A DNA stretch of 64,000 nt, taken from the human T2T-CHM13v2.0 reference genome, Homo sapiens. The notes beneath the pieces were generated by a model that had not been told where the DNA came from, did not search any database, and saw only the letters and a list, made by a program, of their open reading frames with translations. The position numbers and the translations under genes are program-made. The DNA is taken from the NCBI RefSeq assembly GCF_009914755.1, contig NC_060930.1, one strand, 5' to 3'. Of this stretch, positions 1-14,426 are shown one piece after another (the stretch's first letter is position 1; each line of letters begins with the position of its first letter).

Positions 1-250
1 AAGTACATTACAGATATATGCCCTTTTAGGGGCAAATTATGTCTTTCACTTATAATGCCCCAGGGGTAAAGGGTTATTATGTTTTCAACTTATATTCAAA
101 TGGTTCACTAAAACAATTATGCATATAGTAGGGGAACCTGGGTGAAAATACATAAGAAATCATTTTTTTTTTCAATTTCTCTGTAAGTCGGAAATTATTT
201 CAAAATAAAAGTTTTTTTCAAGTATTTAAAAATCAATTTAATGAGTCAGA

Positions 251-534
251 TTTATTTTATTTTTGAGACAGGGTCTTGCTCTGTCACTCAGGCTGGAGTG
301 CAGTGGCACAATCACAGCTCACTGTAGCCTCGACCTCCTGGGCTCAAGTGATCCTCCCACCTCAGTCTCCTGAGTGGGACTACAGGGGCATGTCCAGCTA
401 ATTTTTTAAATTTTCTGTAGAGATGGGGTCTTGCTATGTTGCTTAGGCTGGTCTTGAACTCCTGATCTCAAGTGATCCTTCTGCCTCAGCCTCCCAAAGT
501 GCTGGGATTACAGGCATGAGCCCCTGAGCCCAGC
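251..534 (-). mobile_element. Alu (AluJ-like)
   Basis: T-rich tail followed by gagacagggtcttgctctgtc...ctcaagtgatcctcccacc; CpG-depleted. Confidence 0.9.
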
Positions 535-1919
535 TGAATGGGCTAGATTTTTACAGCTCTACTTTCACGAAAATACATCATCATGTATGGTTAAAGAAGT
601 ACTTGCAATCAATGCTTTATCGTACCTAATAAGAATCTTATGAAAAGAAAAGAACCAAAAAGACTGAACTTAAGTCCTTTAAATCATTATAATACCTAAT
701 TATTTCCATGCCACGGATGGTAGAAGAAACTAAGCACAACTAAAGTGTCCTCCCTGTCTAAATCCCCATCTGTTGCAGAAAGTGCTGTCTATTCAACTCT
801 AAAAGATCCACCAAATTCAGGAGGAAAAAAAATTACCCTATTTACCAACCCATTTCACTAGTAATTCTGGGATTACACACTAAACAGGGCATAAATCTCA
901 GCTCAAGAGTAATTTCTTCTAAAAAGGTTTCCCAACACAGATCACCCTCCAACTAAGGACAAGCCTGTGACAATGCGAGCATATATTTGGGCTTACTGTA
1001 TACCCGTCCATTCTGTCTTTTATTGATGTAATAGTATGTTGTTCTTTACTAAGCATGTATTTAATGCTCTGAGTCTAATGAAATTCAACAAATATATGCC
1101 ACTGACTCTGCACATAGCTTAGTTAGTGAATTTTCTTTGCTAAATTTATAAGACATTTGTTATTTCTCTGATGAAGTCATTTTTCATTGTAATCCTAAAC
1201 ACATCTAAAGAAAGAAAAAGATCTCATGAAATAAATTAAGAAACCAAGTTGAACTATATTTTACTATCTTATAAGGCTAAAAATTCTGAACAACCACTGA
1301 TGCAGGGAGGGACCCACATCAGCATACAAGACAATTCTGACCCTGCCACAGTTCTATTCTCCTGAGGTCTCATTCTTACTGAGTCATCAGGCCTGCTGCA
1401 TGCCTGGCTATGGCTAACGACTTAAGAATACATCACCTAGCTATCAACAACACATCATTTTACATGTCAAAATTATTTTGAGGATTATCTGTCTCAATGC
1501 TGCTCTCCATTACAGTATAAAATTGAGAGTAGGCCTATATAAACTACTTACTTAAAGCAGTTAATTATGTATTGATTCTACAAACTTTCACTTAAATGTT
1601 TCTAAATGTAATTTGAATAACAAATTGTGATTTATAAATTCAGAACAACTAAGACTTCAAACTAAGCTTGTTCATAGTAAAAAGACAAAAAATCCGTTTT
1701 CCTGCAGAAGATATTTATAAAACATAAACATAATAGTCTGTATTTTATCATGGATTATAATGTTGTATATGTTAGTTACTATGTTGTATCTCCTTACCAA
1801 CTACAAATTAGAAATAGTAAGTAGTAAAGAAAATCCTTGTTTTAGGTAAATAGCCAAGCTATCAGAATAACTACTATTCTATGCTTTTATATATGTTATA
1901 ATTTTAACTACAACACCAA

Positions 1920-2075
1920 GGCCACAAGACCTGAGTTCAAATCCTGACTCTATTGCTTGTGCCAGCAGGCAATTTATTAATCTTTTGAGACCATAATTTA
2001 ATTATGTGTAAAGATGAGAATACCACCAACCCTATTCAGACTGGTGTAAAGAAATAATAATGCAAAATATCTAGG
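1920..2075 (+). mobile_element. MIR
   Basis: agacctgagttcaaatcctgactct...tgtaaagatgagaatacc. Confidence 0.6.
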
Positions 2076-3920
2076 ACAGCCAACAGAATATATTCAGTAG
2101 CTTTTTCCCAAACTTTGGGACTAAAAATCCAGGTCTTCAAAATCCTCAAAAGCTTTATGCATTATGCATACGGACTTGTCTAAGTCTTGTAAAATGGCAT
2201 AAATATACTATATTTATTAATGCAAATTATGTAAAGGCACATAAAATGTAACAGTATTGTATCATAAACTGGTCTCTGTGAAGTTAATATGCTATAATAC
2301 AATCCATATTTTTAATACTAATTTTTGCTTATTTTAGAATTTTGTAGGGTTCAGGAAAACAGGGTTAAAGTGGTACCAGATAATTTGTAGCCCTTTTAAA
2401 ACAAAATAACCTCTCCAAGAAAACTAAAATTATTATCTTCTTTTTCTTTTCACGTATGTCCTTAGAGCAAGCAGAGGCATTTGAAATCAATTACTGCTCC
2501 TTCTTCAAAACAGAGTCTAGAATGAGAATATACTGCCAGTGATTTTGTGGAACATTTAAAGAGAGACCAGTCTCCTACACCTTGTCTTCTCATTCTCTGT
2601 TTGCTCTCATACACCATCATTAGGTGCAAGGTAAAAGGAGTGTGTGTATCAAAGGAAGAAGGAGGTGACATAACGCTTTGCTTAAGTGACAATGGAGGTG
2701 TTTACAGATTGCCATGAATACTAGTGCTGTAGCTTCTGTTTGTTTTTAAAGAAATCAGCTGATTATTTTGCCAACTCTCCTTTTTCTAATTTACTTAGTG
2801 CCCATGTGGGACTCTGATACAGATCCCAAGAATGAGGAGACAATAAGAGAGTGAAGTATAGGTAGAAAGCAATGAGTTCGGAGGCATTAAAAGTAAACAC
2901 TGCCTGGGTAAGATTTTCTAAATTTCACATTTGCCATTTATATCACTAAAATAACAGCATCTTTAATTTTAAGTCAACCATAGATCACTGAAAACTCAGT
3001 TTTATAATTTTTTTCTACATATTCAATGTCAGAAAAATTACGTAGTGTTTATGATATTTTACCAGATGAGCCAATAAAAAAAATTTAATAGGAAGTAACA
3101 GAGGGTACAACCTAAATTTTATTTAATATATTCATACAATGATTTTACATCTGTATTTAAGTAACTGAGGGAAACCAGAGCTTATGCTATCTAGACCTAG
3201 GTACATATGTATAAATTTCCACTCTTCAGATATGAAATCTTCTTAATCCTCATAAATCACACTTAAAAAATTTGGTCATATCTATCAGTCTGAAACAAAT
3301 TTAAGAAAACTGTAGACTAATAATTCTCTGACACTTAGATCACATTACTATACAACATTTCAAAAACATCTCATGGGATATATTTTCACAAGCCACAATA
3401 GATATAAGATGCCTAGCAAGTTAATATTTTTTTGGTTTTTACCCTATTTTTCTTCTCAAAGGCTCATTTAATAACTACATTTAATAATTATGCCTGCTAT
3501 ATTTCTTATTAAACAATCAGAAAATTTTAAATGAGGCATTTAAATCCTCCTTGCTCAGAGGATTTCGTTTATAGTACTTAGGCCCATAAAATAGTAAATG
3601 TGCCAGTAAAAAGCAGGTATGGCATAATTTCAGAATGAACAGTCCTACCCAAGAAAAGATAGCTAGCAATTTTATACCCACACAAATGGGGAGTCATTTC
3701 ACCACAGACCAATGAAAACACAGGCTAATATCATCTGGCATTCAGGGACAATAATTATTTCATTTTACAAATAAAAAATCTGGAAATCTGAGACAATGTC
3801 TTCACCTAGATTACCAAGCTTATTGCTGGCAGGGCTAGAACTAGAATCAAAGTCTTCTTTCCACCCTGCCAGGTCACCTGTTGAAGCCTAGCTAAATATT
3901 TTGCCCAAAATTGAGAATAA

Positions 3921-4215
3921 TGCCATCTTAATTCATTCGGTGTTGCTATAACAAAATACCTGAGGGTGGGTAGCTGATAAAGAAAAAGAGTTTATTTAGC
4001 TCACAGGTATGGAGGCTGGGAATTTCAAGGGGCATGGCACTGTCATCTGCTCGGCTTCTGGTAAGGGCTTTCCTGCTGTGTCTTAACATGGCAGAAGATC
4101 AAAGGGGAGGCAGACAGTACAAAGAGGCCAAACACAAAAGGCATCCTTGCTTTACAACCACCTGCTCTCTTGGGAACCAAACCATTCCCACCAGAACTAA
4201 TCCAGTCTCCCAAGT
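3921..4215 (-). mobile_element. MaLR LTR fragment (MLT1A/MST-type)
   Basis: gttgctataacaaaatacctgag...tttatttagctcacagg...gaggctgggaatttcaag...aacatggcagaag. Confidence 0.75.
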
Positions 4216-4254
4216 CACTGGTATATCATTTTGGAAAAGTAATTTGGTTATCTT

Positions 4255-4680
4255 TATTCATTTACTTAACAAATATTTACTGAATGGCCAATCTTTACCA
4301 AGTACTATTCTAGATTCTGGAAATATGGCAATGAAAAAGACCAACAAGGCTTCTACCATTATATCCTAATGTGAGAAGACAGAAAATAAGCAAGAAAACA
4401 AGTATCATTTCAGAGAGTGACAAGGATGTTAAAAAGGAAATGAAACTTGATGATATGAAGGAAACAAACTAGAAGGGGTGCTACAGTATCCAGGAAGCCA
4501 TCTCTAAAAAAATATGCAAGTTGAACACTGAGCTGAAAAAAGGGCAGCCATAATGAGCTAGACAAACATTCCAGACAGGCAAAAAAACAAAAGCCCTGAG
4601 CTGGGACCAGGTCAGAACATTCAAGGAATAGAAAGAAGGCCAATATGCATGCAGCAGAGGGAAAAAGTATATGACAAACA
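4255..4680 (-). mobile_element. L2 3' end
   Basis: ttcatttacttaacaaatatttactgaatg...tattctagattctggaaatatggcaatgaa. Confidence 0.7.
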
Positions 4681-4784
4681 GTATGTACTACAGGGGCCCA
4701 GGTACATACTCTTTAACCTAGCAATACCACCTCTAGGACTCTATCCAACAGCAGTAATAGTAAGTATGTGTAAAACCATGCACA

Positions 4785-5048
<264 letters not shown>

Positions 5049-5528
5049 CTAAATGTTGATCATTTGGAGAATGTTAAATAGATTATGGTATAACATACAC
5101 TATTACAGTAAAAGAGTTAGATAATATATGCACTGACCCTGGAAACATGTCCTAGAGATATTAGTGAAAAAGCAAGTAGACTAATATATATGACATGATT
5201 CCTTTTTAAATGAGACTCATTAACTATGGTATTACAAATTTTAACCCCCAAGTCTGGTCCAGGATAAATATCACTTTGCTTCCTCCCACTGCAAGCAAAT
5301 GTCCTCTTACATATTATCCTCCTACCTTTCTCTAATTCATTCCCTGCCAGCATTTTGGCTTACCTCAACCAACGCTTATTTTTTTTCCTGGGGACATAAA
5401 TAGCATCACAAAAATTTTAAGAGCATAGAGAAGAACATTTCCTTATAATTTAAAAGCATATTAGGTTTGAAATAACTTCACAATGACTGAATCAGCTCTA
5501 TTGATTTCAGAGTAGTCAGAAGGCATCA

Positions 5529-5885
<357 letters not shown>

Positions 5886-7340
5886 CTAAAAGATATTTTT
5901 GCAAGAACTTTGGAATTTTAGCAACTCTAAGTAGATACATTTGAAAGAATAGATTTCTATTAGGGAAAATGTAAAATTTGTTTTGCTTAAATTCTTATTC
6001 ACTGCATACTGAAATATGAATGGTTAGGCTAAAAAAATCAACTTGAGAGAACAAAATGAATTCACATCATATAAAAAGTCAGCTAATGCTAAGTGGAAAA
6101 TTAAGAAAGTAGAAGATATATTTTTCCCACTTACCTATAATTCACATCTGAGTTGGTAAAGCCAAAAAACAAAAACAAAAAAAAACAGCAAAACATAACA
6201 AAACTCTAAACTCTTGGGAGATATTTCCCCCTCAACAGTACCCATCAAGTACTGGATAATATATTTTGAACACTGCACACGAAAGTAACAACTTATTTAA
6301 ATAACCTCAAAACAAATCAGACTAGGCTCCTCTCAGCTCAGAAAATGTCTATGTGGGTTTAACTACAGCACTGTTATGGTACTTGCAGCTGTTACTATTT
6401 AGCAGCTAGATTGCTTGATATTGAAAATATTCAATTGCAGCTTTACATAAAATATATAGAAATAAACCAAGATGAAGGTCACAAAATGCTTTATCAGAGT
6501 AGTTACCACAATATTTATGTCAGTTATGTTATAGTTGGGGGAAAAATAGTCCTGTCTATGATCATCCCCTGAAAACAATCTAAAAGTAAACATGAATCTA
6601 GGAGTATTTGAATCCATGAAACTTTATCAACTAAGCAAACTGAACCCTCTTAACAGTGTACCAATTATGCCTGTCCAGGTCTCTTGACATAAATCTTCCC
6701 ACCAGTGTCACATCAGTAATATACTGTTAGTCAATTTATGCCACATCTTTATTCCTAAATGATTTAATGAGCTTACAAATACACATACAAAGTAAAATTG
6801 ACTAAATCAGATTAGTTGTGTAAATAAAAGAAAGTAACACTGGTTAAAAGATGGAGTTTTTTGCATTGTTTGACTAGTTCCTAGCAGAGACCTTGGAAAA
6901 GGCATCTACTCAAGTCTTAGCATTTCCTCAGCTGTAAACGCAGACTTGAAGTATGTAACAACATTCACCACACTGCCTCGTGGGATTGAAGCTGAAATAC
7001 TACGCAAATGCAGTTTTTAAAGGTCAAAGCACCCCATAAACATTAAGTATAAGTTAAATCTTGGCCAATTCACATTTAAACAATAAAAAAATTCAGTTGC
7101 TGCAAATTTAAATATTGTAAATAACCCAGTAGCCTGCACATCTTATTTACACGTGAACACCCGTTTATTCTAAATTCAAACTTGTATTATTTGATTTGTG
7201 ACATTTCATACAACTGCACACTCCTTCCTTAAAACTCTGACACTCCTCACATAACTCCCTCTCTTGGATCTCCTCCAACCCCTCTCACTGCTGCTTCCTT
7301 TGCTAGCTGTATTAGCTAAACTGCAGTCTACATGAAGCAC

Positions 7341-7830
7341 ATTCATTCATTCATTCAACAAATATGCCCTGAGCTTCTACTATCATCCAGGCAATAGTCT
7401 AGGCACTGGGGAGATAGCAGTGGACAAAACAAAATCCCTGCTCTCATGAAGCTTACTAATGTTTTGAAGAGAGAAGGAGATGATAACCAAATGAGTAAAG
7501 TAAGTCGCAAATTTGTGAAAAGTGCCCAGGAGGAAATAAAAGCAGGGAAGGGCAATAGAAAGTGTCAAGGATGGACAGAGTAGTCAGAGAAGCTTCAGAG
7601 ATGTGGTGAGTAAAACCCTGAAGGAAGCGAGAGGGTGAGCAAAGCAGGTATCTGGAGGAAGAGCATTCTAGGCAAAGGGAAGGGCAGTCCAGGGCAGGAT
7701 AACAAGCAGAGTGAAGAACAGTGAGACGGGGGATGCAGGAGGCGCAAAATGATGGCGAGATGAGTAGATCAGAGATGAGGGACAGTTGACGTAGTGTGTG
7801 TCACTATAAAGACTCTGGCTTTATACCAGA
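7341..7830 (-). mobile_element. L2 3' end
   Basis: (ATTC)n caacaaatatg...ctaggcactggggagatagcagtggacaaaac...ctctcatgaagctta. Confidence 0.75.
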
Positions 7831-10800
7831 AAGCAAACTGTTAGGAGACAATAGGAAACTTCCCAACTTGATTTAATGAATGATGGAATTTGAAAGCAAA
7901 ATAAGATAAAGTCTATACCTATACTACCTTTCTGACTTTCTTTCTCTCTCTCAAGAATCCCATATTGCATATTTTTACTCTGAGCAGATTATTTAATATC
8001 CTCATATTATCTCTACTTAAATTTTCAAAATGTATACTACCTACCTTTTCATATCTACATCCCAAGAGGGCAGAGACAGTAGCAGACTCAATTAGCTGAA
8101 CACAGCTCTTACTTCTTTCCTTAATGCTTCTCATGCAGGTTTTACTTTAATGCATAATTACATATATGTATTTTTTCATCTCAACTGTGCCACTGATCAT
8201 TTGAAAGGAGAACTCAGCTTGTTTACTTCCTGCAGTCAATTCATTCTACATTGTGAATGCTCACAAAGTATTTTTTTATACTGAAGGTTTTATGAGAGGA
8301 CCTAAGTCAGATAAACAATCCCAGACTAAGTCTCCTGCTATGAGAAAAGGAATCTCTGGAGAGAAAAGTAAATTGCTTATCATTATGAGGTGATTAATTT
8401 GTCCAAAATAATACAAGTACATAAGAAGCAATTTACTAAATGGTAACTTGCATCCTAAAATAATTAAGATCACGTGAATGACTTGAGTTTACTTATCACA
8501 AAATAAAAGGTAATAGTCCTCAGAAATTGCCTGAAGTATAAAAGAGAAGAATTAGATATAAATATCTATGACTTCTAAATTCCTAATCTCATGTTTTTTT
8601 AGCTGACCCTCACCGAGTTTTCTAAAACAATATATTCAAGATAATTTTAATCCCAAATAACTTGGAACATTATTTAATATAGCTGATCCAAAATAAAGCC
8701 ATTAAAAACAAAACTTCCTGCTTAACTGTATATGGGTACTATCCAACAATGATAGAAAGAAGGGAAAAGAACACCTTAAAATGGTCTCTACTTTCTAGAG
8801 TTGACAATCTAAGACACAACTGTATAAAATATAGGCAGGCAACTGAATAAATATATTAGTGGGAAATAAGCTCTTTATACCATAAAACTTTAGCTCTATG
8901 TCAAAATACCTAATAAAGTTCTCGAATCTAGAACGCATCCAAGAATGTTTCCTAAAGGAATGAATATAAACTACCGAGAACAAGTAAGAGGAGTTTAGAG
9001 TAAAAACCTACACATAACTGAGGGGGAGATCAAGGCCATTCAGCAAATATTTGAAGAAAAATGGTAGGGAAAAAATGAACCTAAGGCTTTTTGAACAGAA
9101 TGATACAATTAAGTTCCAAAGCACAAACAGGCAGGCAGGGAAAGGAACATCTAAGACTTTGGGGAACCATACTAGAAAAGTGGAATTATAATAGATGTGA
9201 TTTTAATGAGTAATGATATGCATGAACAGTACTCAAAGTAATAAATCACAAATCTGTAGCTAGAATAGGATTTTAATAACTGATTAAAAGTTTTAAGTTC
9301 TCTTTATTCCAATGCAACCTATTTCTCCACTATTCTGAATAATAACAATTCTTAAAAAGTTATTTAAAATCTAGTTAAACAGTTCTAACTTGTGAGATAA
9401 GGCTTTTAAGCAACAAAAATAAACTGCATCCAACTTTTTCCCAAAGATTTGTTCAAAAAGCAGCTCATCAACATTGGTCTCTAGTTTTTAAATGTGCTTT
9501 TCTTCTTTAAAGTATTACAAATAAGTCTTCTTCATAGTACTGAGCATAAATAGACCATACTTATTCAAAGATTATTCATTAATAATCAAGCCATGCATAT
9601 TTATTGTTTATTCTGGGAATGCTGCCTACAAGCCATAATAACTATCAATTCAGCAGTCAAGTCATGGGGGCCAACAGTAATCAGTAGGCAAAACTCCAAT
9701 ATGCCCCCCACAAGAAAAGGTTCTCTCTCCCTCTTACCTCAACTTTTTCTTTTCTTAATGGGAATAGTGACTACACTTAAAGGAATGCCATCAAGATTTA
9801 TGATTTTACTGGCTGAAATACTACAGTAAAATATGAGAACTTAAATTTATATATGGCTTTTTCTGATTATTCAAACTGCTCTACAGCAACTACCCTGGGT
9901 GAATTGAAAATGGAAGATAAATTGTGGGTTAGAAAGTAGATAGAAACTCTAACTTTGCAAAAGATCTTTATCCATTACTAGTATAAAAATTTTTTAAATG
10001 GCATGGCTAAGTTTTCTTCTTATAAGTGATGTTTCTTCTCAAGCGCCAGAAGCTGCATAAAGTTTTTAAAATTGATTAATATTAGCTTTATATTTTACTC
10101 GTTATTATCACAGTCATATGCAGCACTTTGCCAGTACAGCTGGACTTCAGCCATTCACGACTAATATTTTCTTTAATGTCTACACATTAGTTACTACCCT
10201 GTTACTCTGTTTATAAAAATAAGGGATATGTTTATATGTTTATCTTAATATCTTTATCTTCTCTGTAGCCTGAAGGCAGGAACTATATTATATATCTCAT
10301 GTCTCTGTATATGATCAACACCCACTACAATGCCTTGCACACAAAGGGTGAAAACAAACGTTTAATAAATTCTTAATAATGGAAAACATTGGGAAAGAGC
10401 TATGAGGGTAATTAAAATACCCTAATGGTCTACATAATGTAAAATAATGCTTACTGACACCACTTGTTCTGTTTTCATATTCAGTTAGTCTTGGTTTATG
10501 ATAATGTATACTCTAAATATTCACAGACTTCATTAGCTTCAGTTCTTTCTTGGTCCTATTAGCAGAGAAAAGAATTTGAAATATGTGTGTTTGGGGCAAA
10601 GGGAAGTAGAAAGGACTAAACTGTGTTTCACTGGACAGCTGCCAAATATCTAGCAATGAACCCCTTCTCCTGGTTCAATTTCTGGCAGAAAAGAAACTCA
10701 GTGCATCCATGGTTTCAACATGTGCTACTAGCCATTACTACTTGGTTTATTTTTCACTTTGATGCATAAACTATCAAGCTCAGTATTTGGAACACATTGT

Positions 10801-11794
10801 TACTATTTCAAACATCATTACTTCATTTAAATCTAACAATATCAAATCTTTATTTCTGGAACTGCATCTTTATTTTTATAATCTAAGTTGAGGAAACAAG
10901 GCTCCACATACGAATTTCTAATTCATAAACCACTGTTGTAGAATGTACACTGGGGATATGTGTAGGGATTGCTACAGTTCACTTTTCATTTTTAAAAATA
11001 GAATACAAGAGTATTCATTAATTAAAAATAACAGAAAATTTCTCTAAAGTTTCTACTTCTTCATTATTTAACTTCATGAAAATGCTGGGATTATATGTAA
11101 CATACAATGAGAAAAACCATGATCAAGGTTAGGAGAAAAACACCTGTTTGTATCCTAAGAAAAAATTACTATGGCATTACTAAATGAATATGCACTTGTG
11201 CAAGCTTTCAAATGCTTAACAGGTGACATTTAATAGTAAGGAAACTAAATGCTTAAATAGAAAGGAGCGGAAACACCTGGGCAGGTCTGCAAGTGTGGTC
11301 GTCTATTTAGCATGCAACTGCATTTTCAACATAATTAGTTTAAATGAGCTTCTAAATCTGGGTGATGTATTGCACATGTAATTAAGATTTAATTAAAAAT
11401 GTTCTATAATAAATTGTTTTCCATTTCTGACAAATCACATTAGAGAGGTAGATTTTGATTTGGAAATAGTTTTTAAAATGTGTTAATCATCTGTGCTGCA
11501 AATATGAAAAAGAAGAAACAGGAGCTCTGCTGAAAGTTACTTGGGATTTAAGAAACATGAAGTAAAGGGTATAGTTTCCCTTCATATTCATATAAAATTT
11601 AGCTGAAGAGGATAGTAAAACACTTATTTTTTTATAAGCAGCAGCATTCTAAACATGACACTCAAAATATATTTCCTTTTTATTTTTGTAAGTACATGTT
11701 ACATAATTTCAAACTTTTATTATGAAAACCACTACATAATAAGTATAACCTGCTGCTGGGGGGGAAAAAAACTTCATCAAGGCTTTGTACTAAC

Positions 11795-12039
11795 CTGCTA
11801 AATCCTGCAACAGAGATGAAGCCTCTATTGCCAGTCCAAGATAAATTAAGCCACTGGACAAGAGTGCAGCGAGACTGTAGAAATTCCAGAGAAGTGTCAT
11901 CTAGTTTTGCCCAGTATGGTTGCAGATTGAGGTGGATGTATTGCAGAGGATCACAGCAATGCTGGCTCAGTAGTTTGCAAGTCTGTGCTAATCTACACAG
12001 GTCTGGTAGTGTAAGATGATTCAGAATCAGCTGAATAAG
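11795..12039 (-). CDS. FBXL4: FBXL4 third coding exon (codons 287-368; rest of F-box and start of LRR region)
   Basis: Acceptor tttctctgtcttatttag|CTT; reads [24 protein letters not shown]...[10 protein letters not shown]; donor CAG|GTTAGT at 11794-11793; 245 nt. It is absent from the ORF track because it has no Met. Confidence 0.96.
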
Positions 12040-12542
12040 CTAAATAAGACAGAGAAACCAAGATCATCAAGAGTGAAAAGCAGTATCATTCTATGAAACA
12101 TATAACATAATCTAATAAGGAATAAAAGTGTCATACATTTTATAACAATATTTTCACATAGTAAATAAACATCCAACAGAATTATCCAAATAAAAGAAAT
12201 CATACGTGCATTTGACTGTAGTGCATTTCAAGATTATTCAAAGTATACTCACCTCACATTGCCTACTCATTTTCTTAGGTGCAAAGATACACTTTGGTAA
12301 TCTATTGACTAATACAATTTGTCATACTCAGCATTACTGAACAGCTACTACGTGCCAGACACTGGCGACAGAAAAGAAAGAGTGCCCATTCTCAGAGTGC
12401 TTACAGTCCAGTGGGGATTGGTAAGGACAATGATACGTTTTAATAGCTTTGACAAAAAGATACACAGAATGCTACTAAAGCCTAGCAGACCTAGCTCCAA
12501 AGTGAAAGTGTACAGTGTACCTGTGCCAGGAACACTCAGCTT

Positions 12543-13516
12543 TAAAAAAAAAAAAAAAAACACTTTTAAGTTCTGGGGTACATGTGCAGAACATGCAGGT
12601 GTGTTACATAGGTATACAAGTGCCATGGTGTTTTGCTGCACCCATCAACCCGTCACCTACATTAGGTATTTCTCCTAATGTTATCCCTCCCCTAGCCCCA
12701 CCACCCCCCAACAGGCCCCAGTGTGTTCCCCTGCCTGTGTCCAGGTGTTCTCATTGTTCAGCTCCCACTTATGAGTGAGAACATGCGGTGCTTGGTTGTC
12801 TGTTCCTGTGTTAGTTTGCTGAGAATGATGGTTTCCAGCTTCATCCATGTCCCTGCAAAGGACATGAACTCATCCTTTTTTATGGCTGCATAGTATTCCA
12901 TGGTACATATGTGCCACATTTTCTTTATCCAGTCTATCACTGATGGATATTTGGGTTGGTTCCAAGTCTTTGCTACTGTGAATAGTGCCACAATAAACAT
13001 ACATGTGCATATGTCCTTATAGTAGAATGATTTATAATCCTTGGGGTATATACCCAGTAATGGGATTGCTGGGTCAAATGGTATTTCTAGTTCTAGATCC
13101 CTGAGGAATCACCACACTGTCTTCCACAATGGTTGACTAATTTACACTCCCACCAACAGTGTAAAGACATTCCTATTTCTCCACATTCTCTCCAGCATCT
13201 GTTGTTTCCTGACTTTTTAATGATCACCATTCTAACTGGCATGAGATGGTATCTCATTGTGATTTTGATTTGCATTTCTCTAATGACCAGTGATGATGAA
13301 CATTTTTTCTTATGTTTGTTGGCTGCATAAATGTCTTCTTTTGAGCAGTGTCTGTTCATATTCTTTGCCCACTTTTTGATGGGGTTGTTTCTTTCTTGTA
13401 AATTTGTTTAACTTCTTTGTAGATTCTGGATATTAGCCCTTTGTCAGATGGATAGATCGCAAAAATTTTCTCCCATTCTGTAGGTTGCCTGTTCACTCTG
13501 ATGATAGTTTTTTGCT
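12543..13516 (-). mobile_element. 5'-truncated L1PA (older, ~L1PA7/8) 3' end
   Basis: ORF2 C-terminal peptides on the minus strand (12758-13000, 13093-13359) plus 3'UTR; TSD ggaaca(c/t)tcagctt at 12529-12542 and 13517-13530. Confidence 0.9.
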
Positions 13517-14236
13517 GGAACATTCAGCTTCAAAGAGTCAGGGGCAAACCAGGTGAAAAGAGAGTCTAGTGGCAAAGACTGTGTTATGAAAGCCTCACAG
13601 AGGAGCTTGGATTTATCCTGAAAGCAATGAGGAGTCCTGAAGGGTTTTAAACTAGGGGTTTTAAACTAGAGTGACATGTTCACATTTGTGTTTCAGAAAG
13701 ATCATTGTGGGCGTGCTACTGGGAGCAAGGAGGCAGGAAGAGAAACCAGCCATGGGGCTAATACAGAATTCTAGGAAATAGGAAATAAGGGGTCTGCTTA
13801 AGGCAGCTGGCAGTGATGATGGAGTAGCAAACAGATACAAGAATTATTAAGAAGGCAGAATTCAAGAGATTGTTATCTCTAATTAAAATTATCTTCTTGA
13901 ACTAGTCCAAGGTTTATTTTTTCTAAACAGTTGGGGGCTTCTAGTTTCAAAGAACTGCTTAAATAGCCTATTCTGAACTAACAAATATAAAGGAAAAGAT
14001 ATTAAATATTTGCTAAATGTTAAAAATCTTATTTAGATGAGAGAGGGTTTTTTTTAATTTAATGTATTTATCTAGCTAAACTTTTTGTTTTGCAATTAAC
14101 CTAAATGCTCTTCTTCAATTTATTTTGTTATCTAGGCTCAGTATTAATTTCAGGTCAGATTTTCACTGTTTTAAGCCAAAATATCACAAAACGCAGAGTA
14201 ACAACAACATGATCTTTAAAATAAGTTTAAAGAGGG

Positions 14237-14426
14237 TGTAGCCAGAATCTCCCTTACTCCTGATGTTTCTTAGTAATTTTCTTAGTAATTTACTGACTTT
14301 CTAATCTGCTCCTTGGCTATTAATTCCCACTTGCCCATGCTGTTGAACCCAATCTCTCTCAGACACTGCAAAATCCCATTGTAGTGGTCCCTATACCTAG
14401 AACGATTGAATAATTTTTCTTTAACA
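14237..14426 (+). mobile_element. MER31/MER67-like LTR 3' fragment
   Basis: ttgaacccaatctctc...ggtccctatacc...aataatttttctttaaca terminus typical of MER4-group LTRs. Confidence 0.5.
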
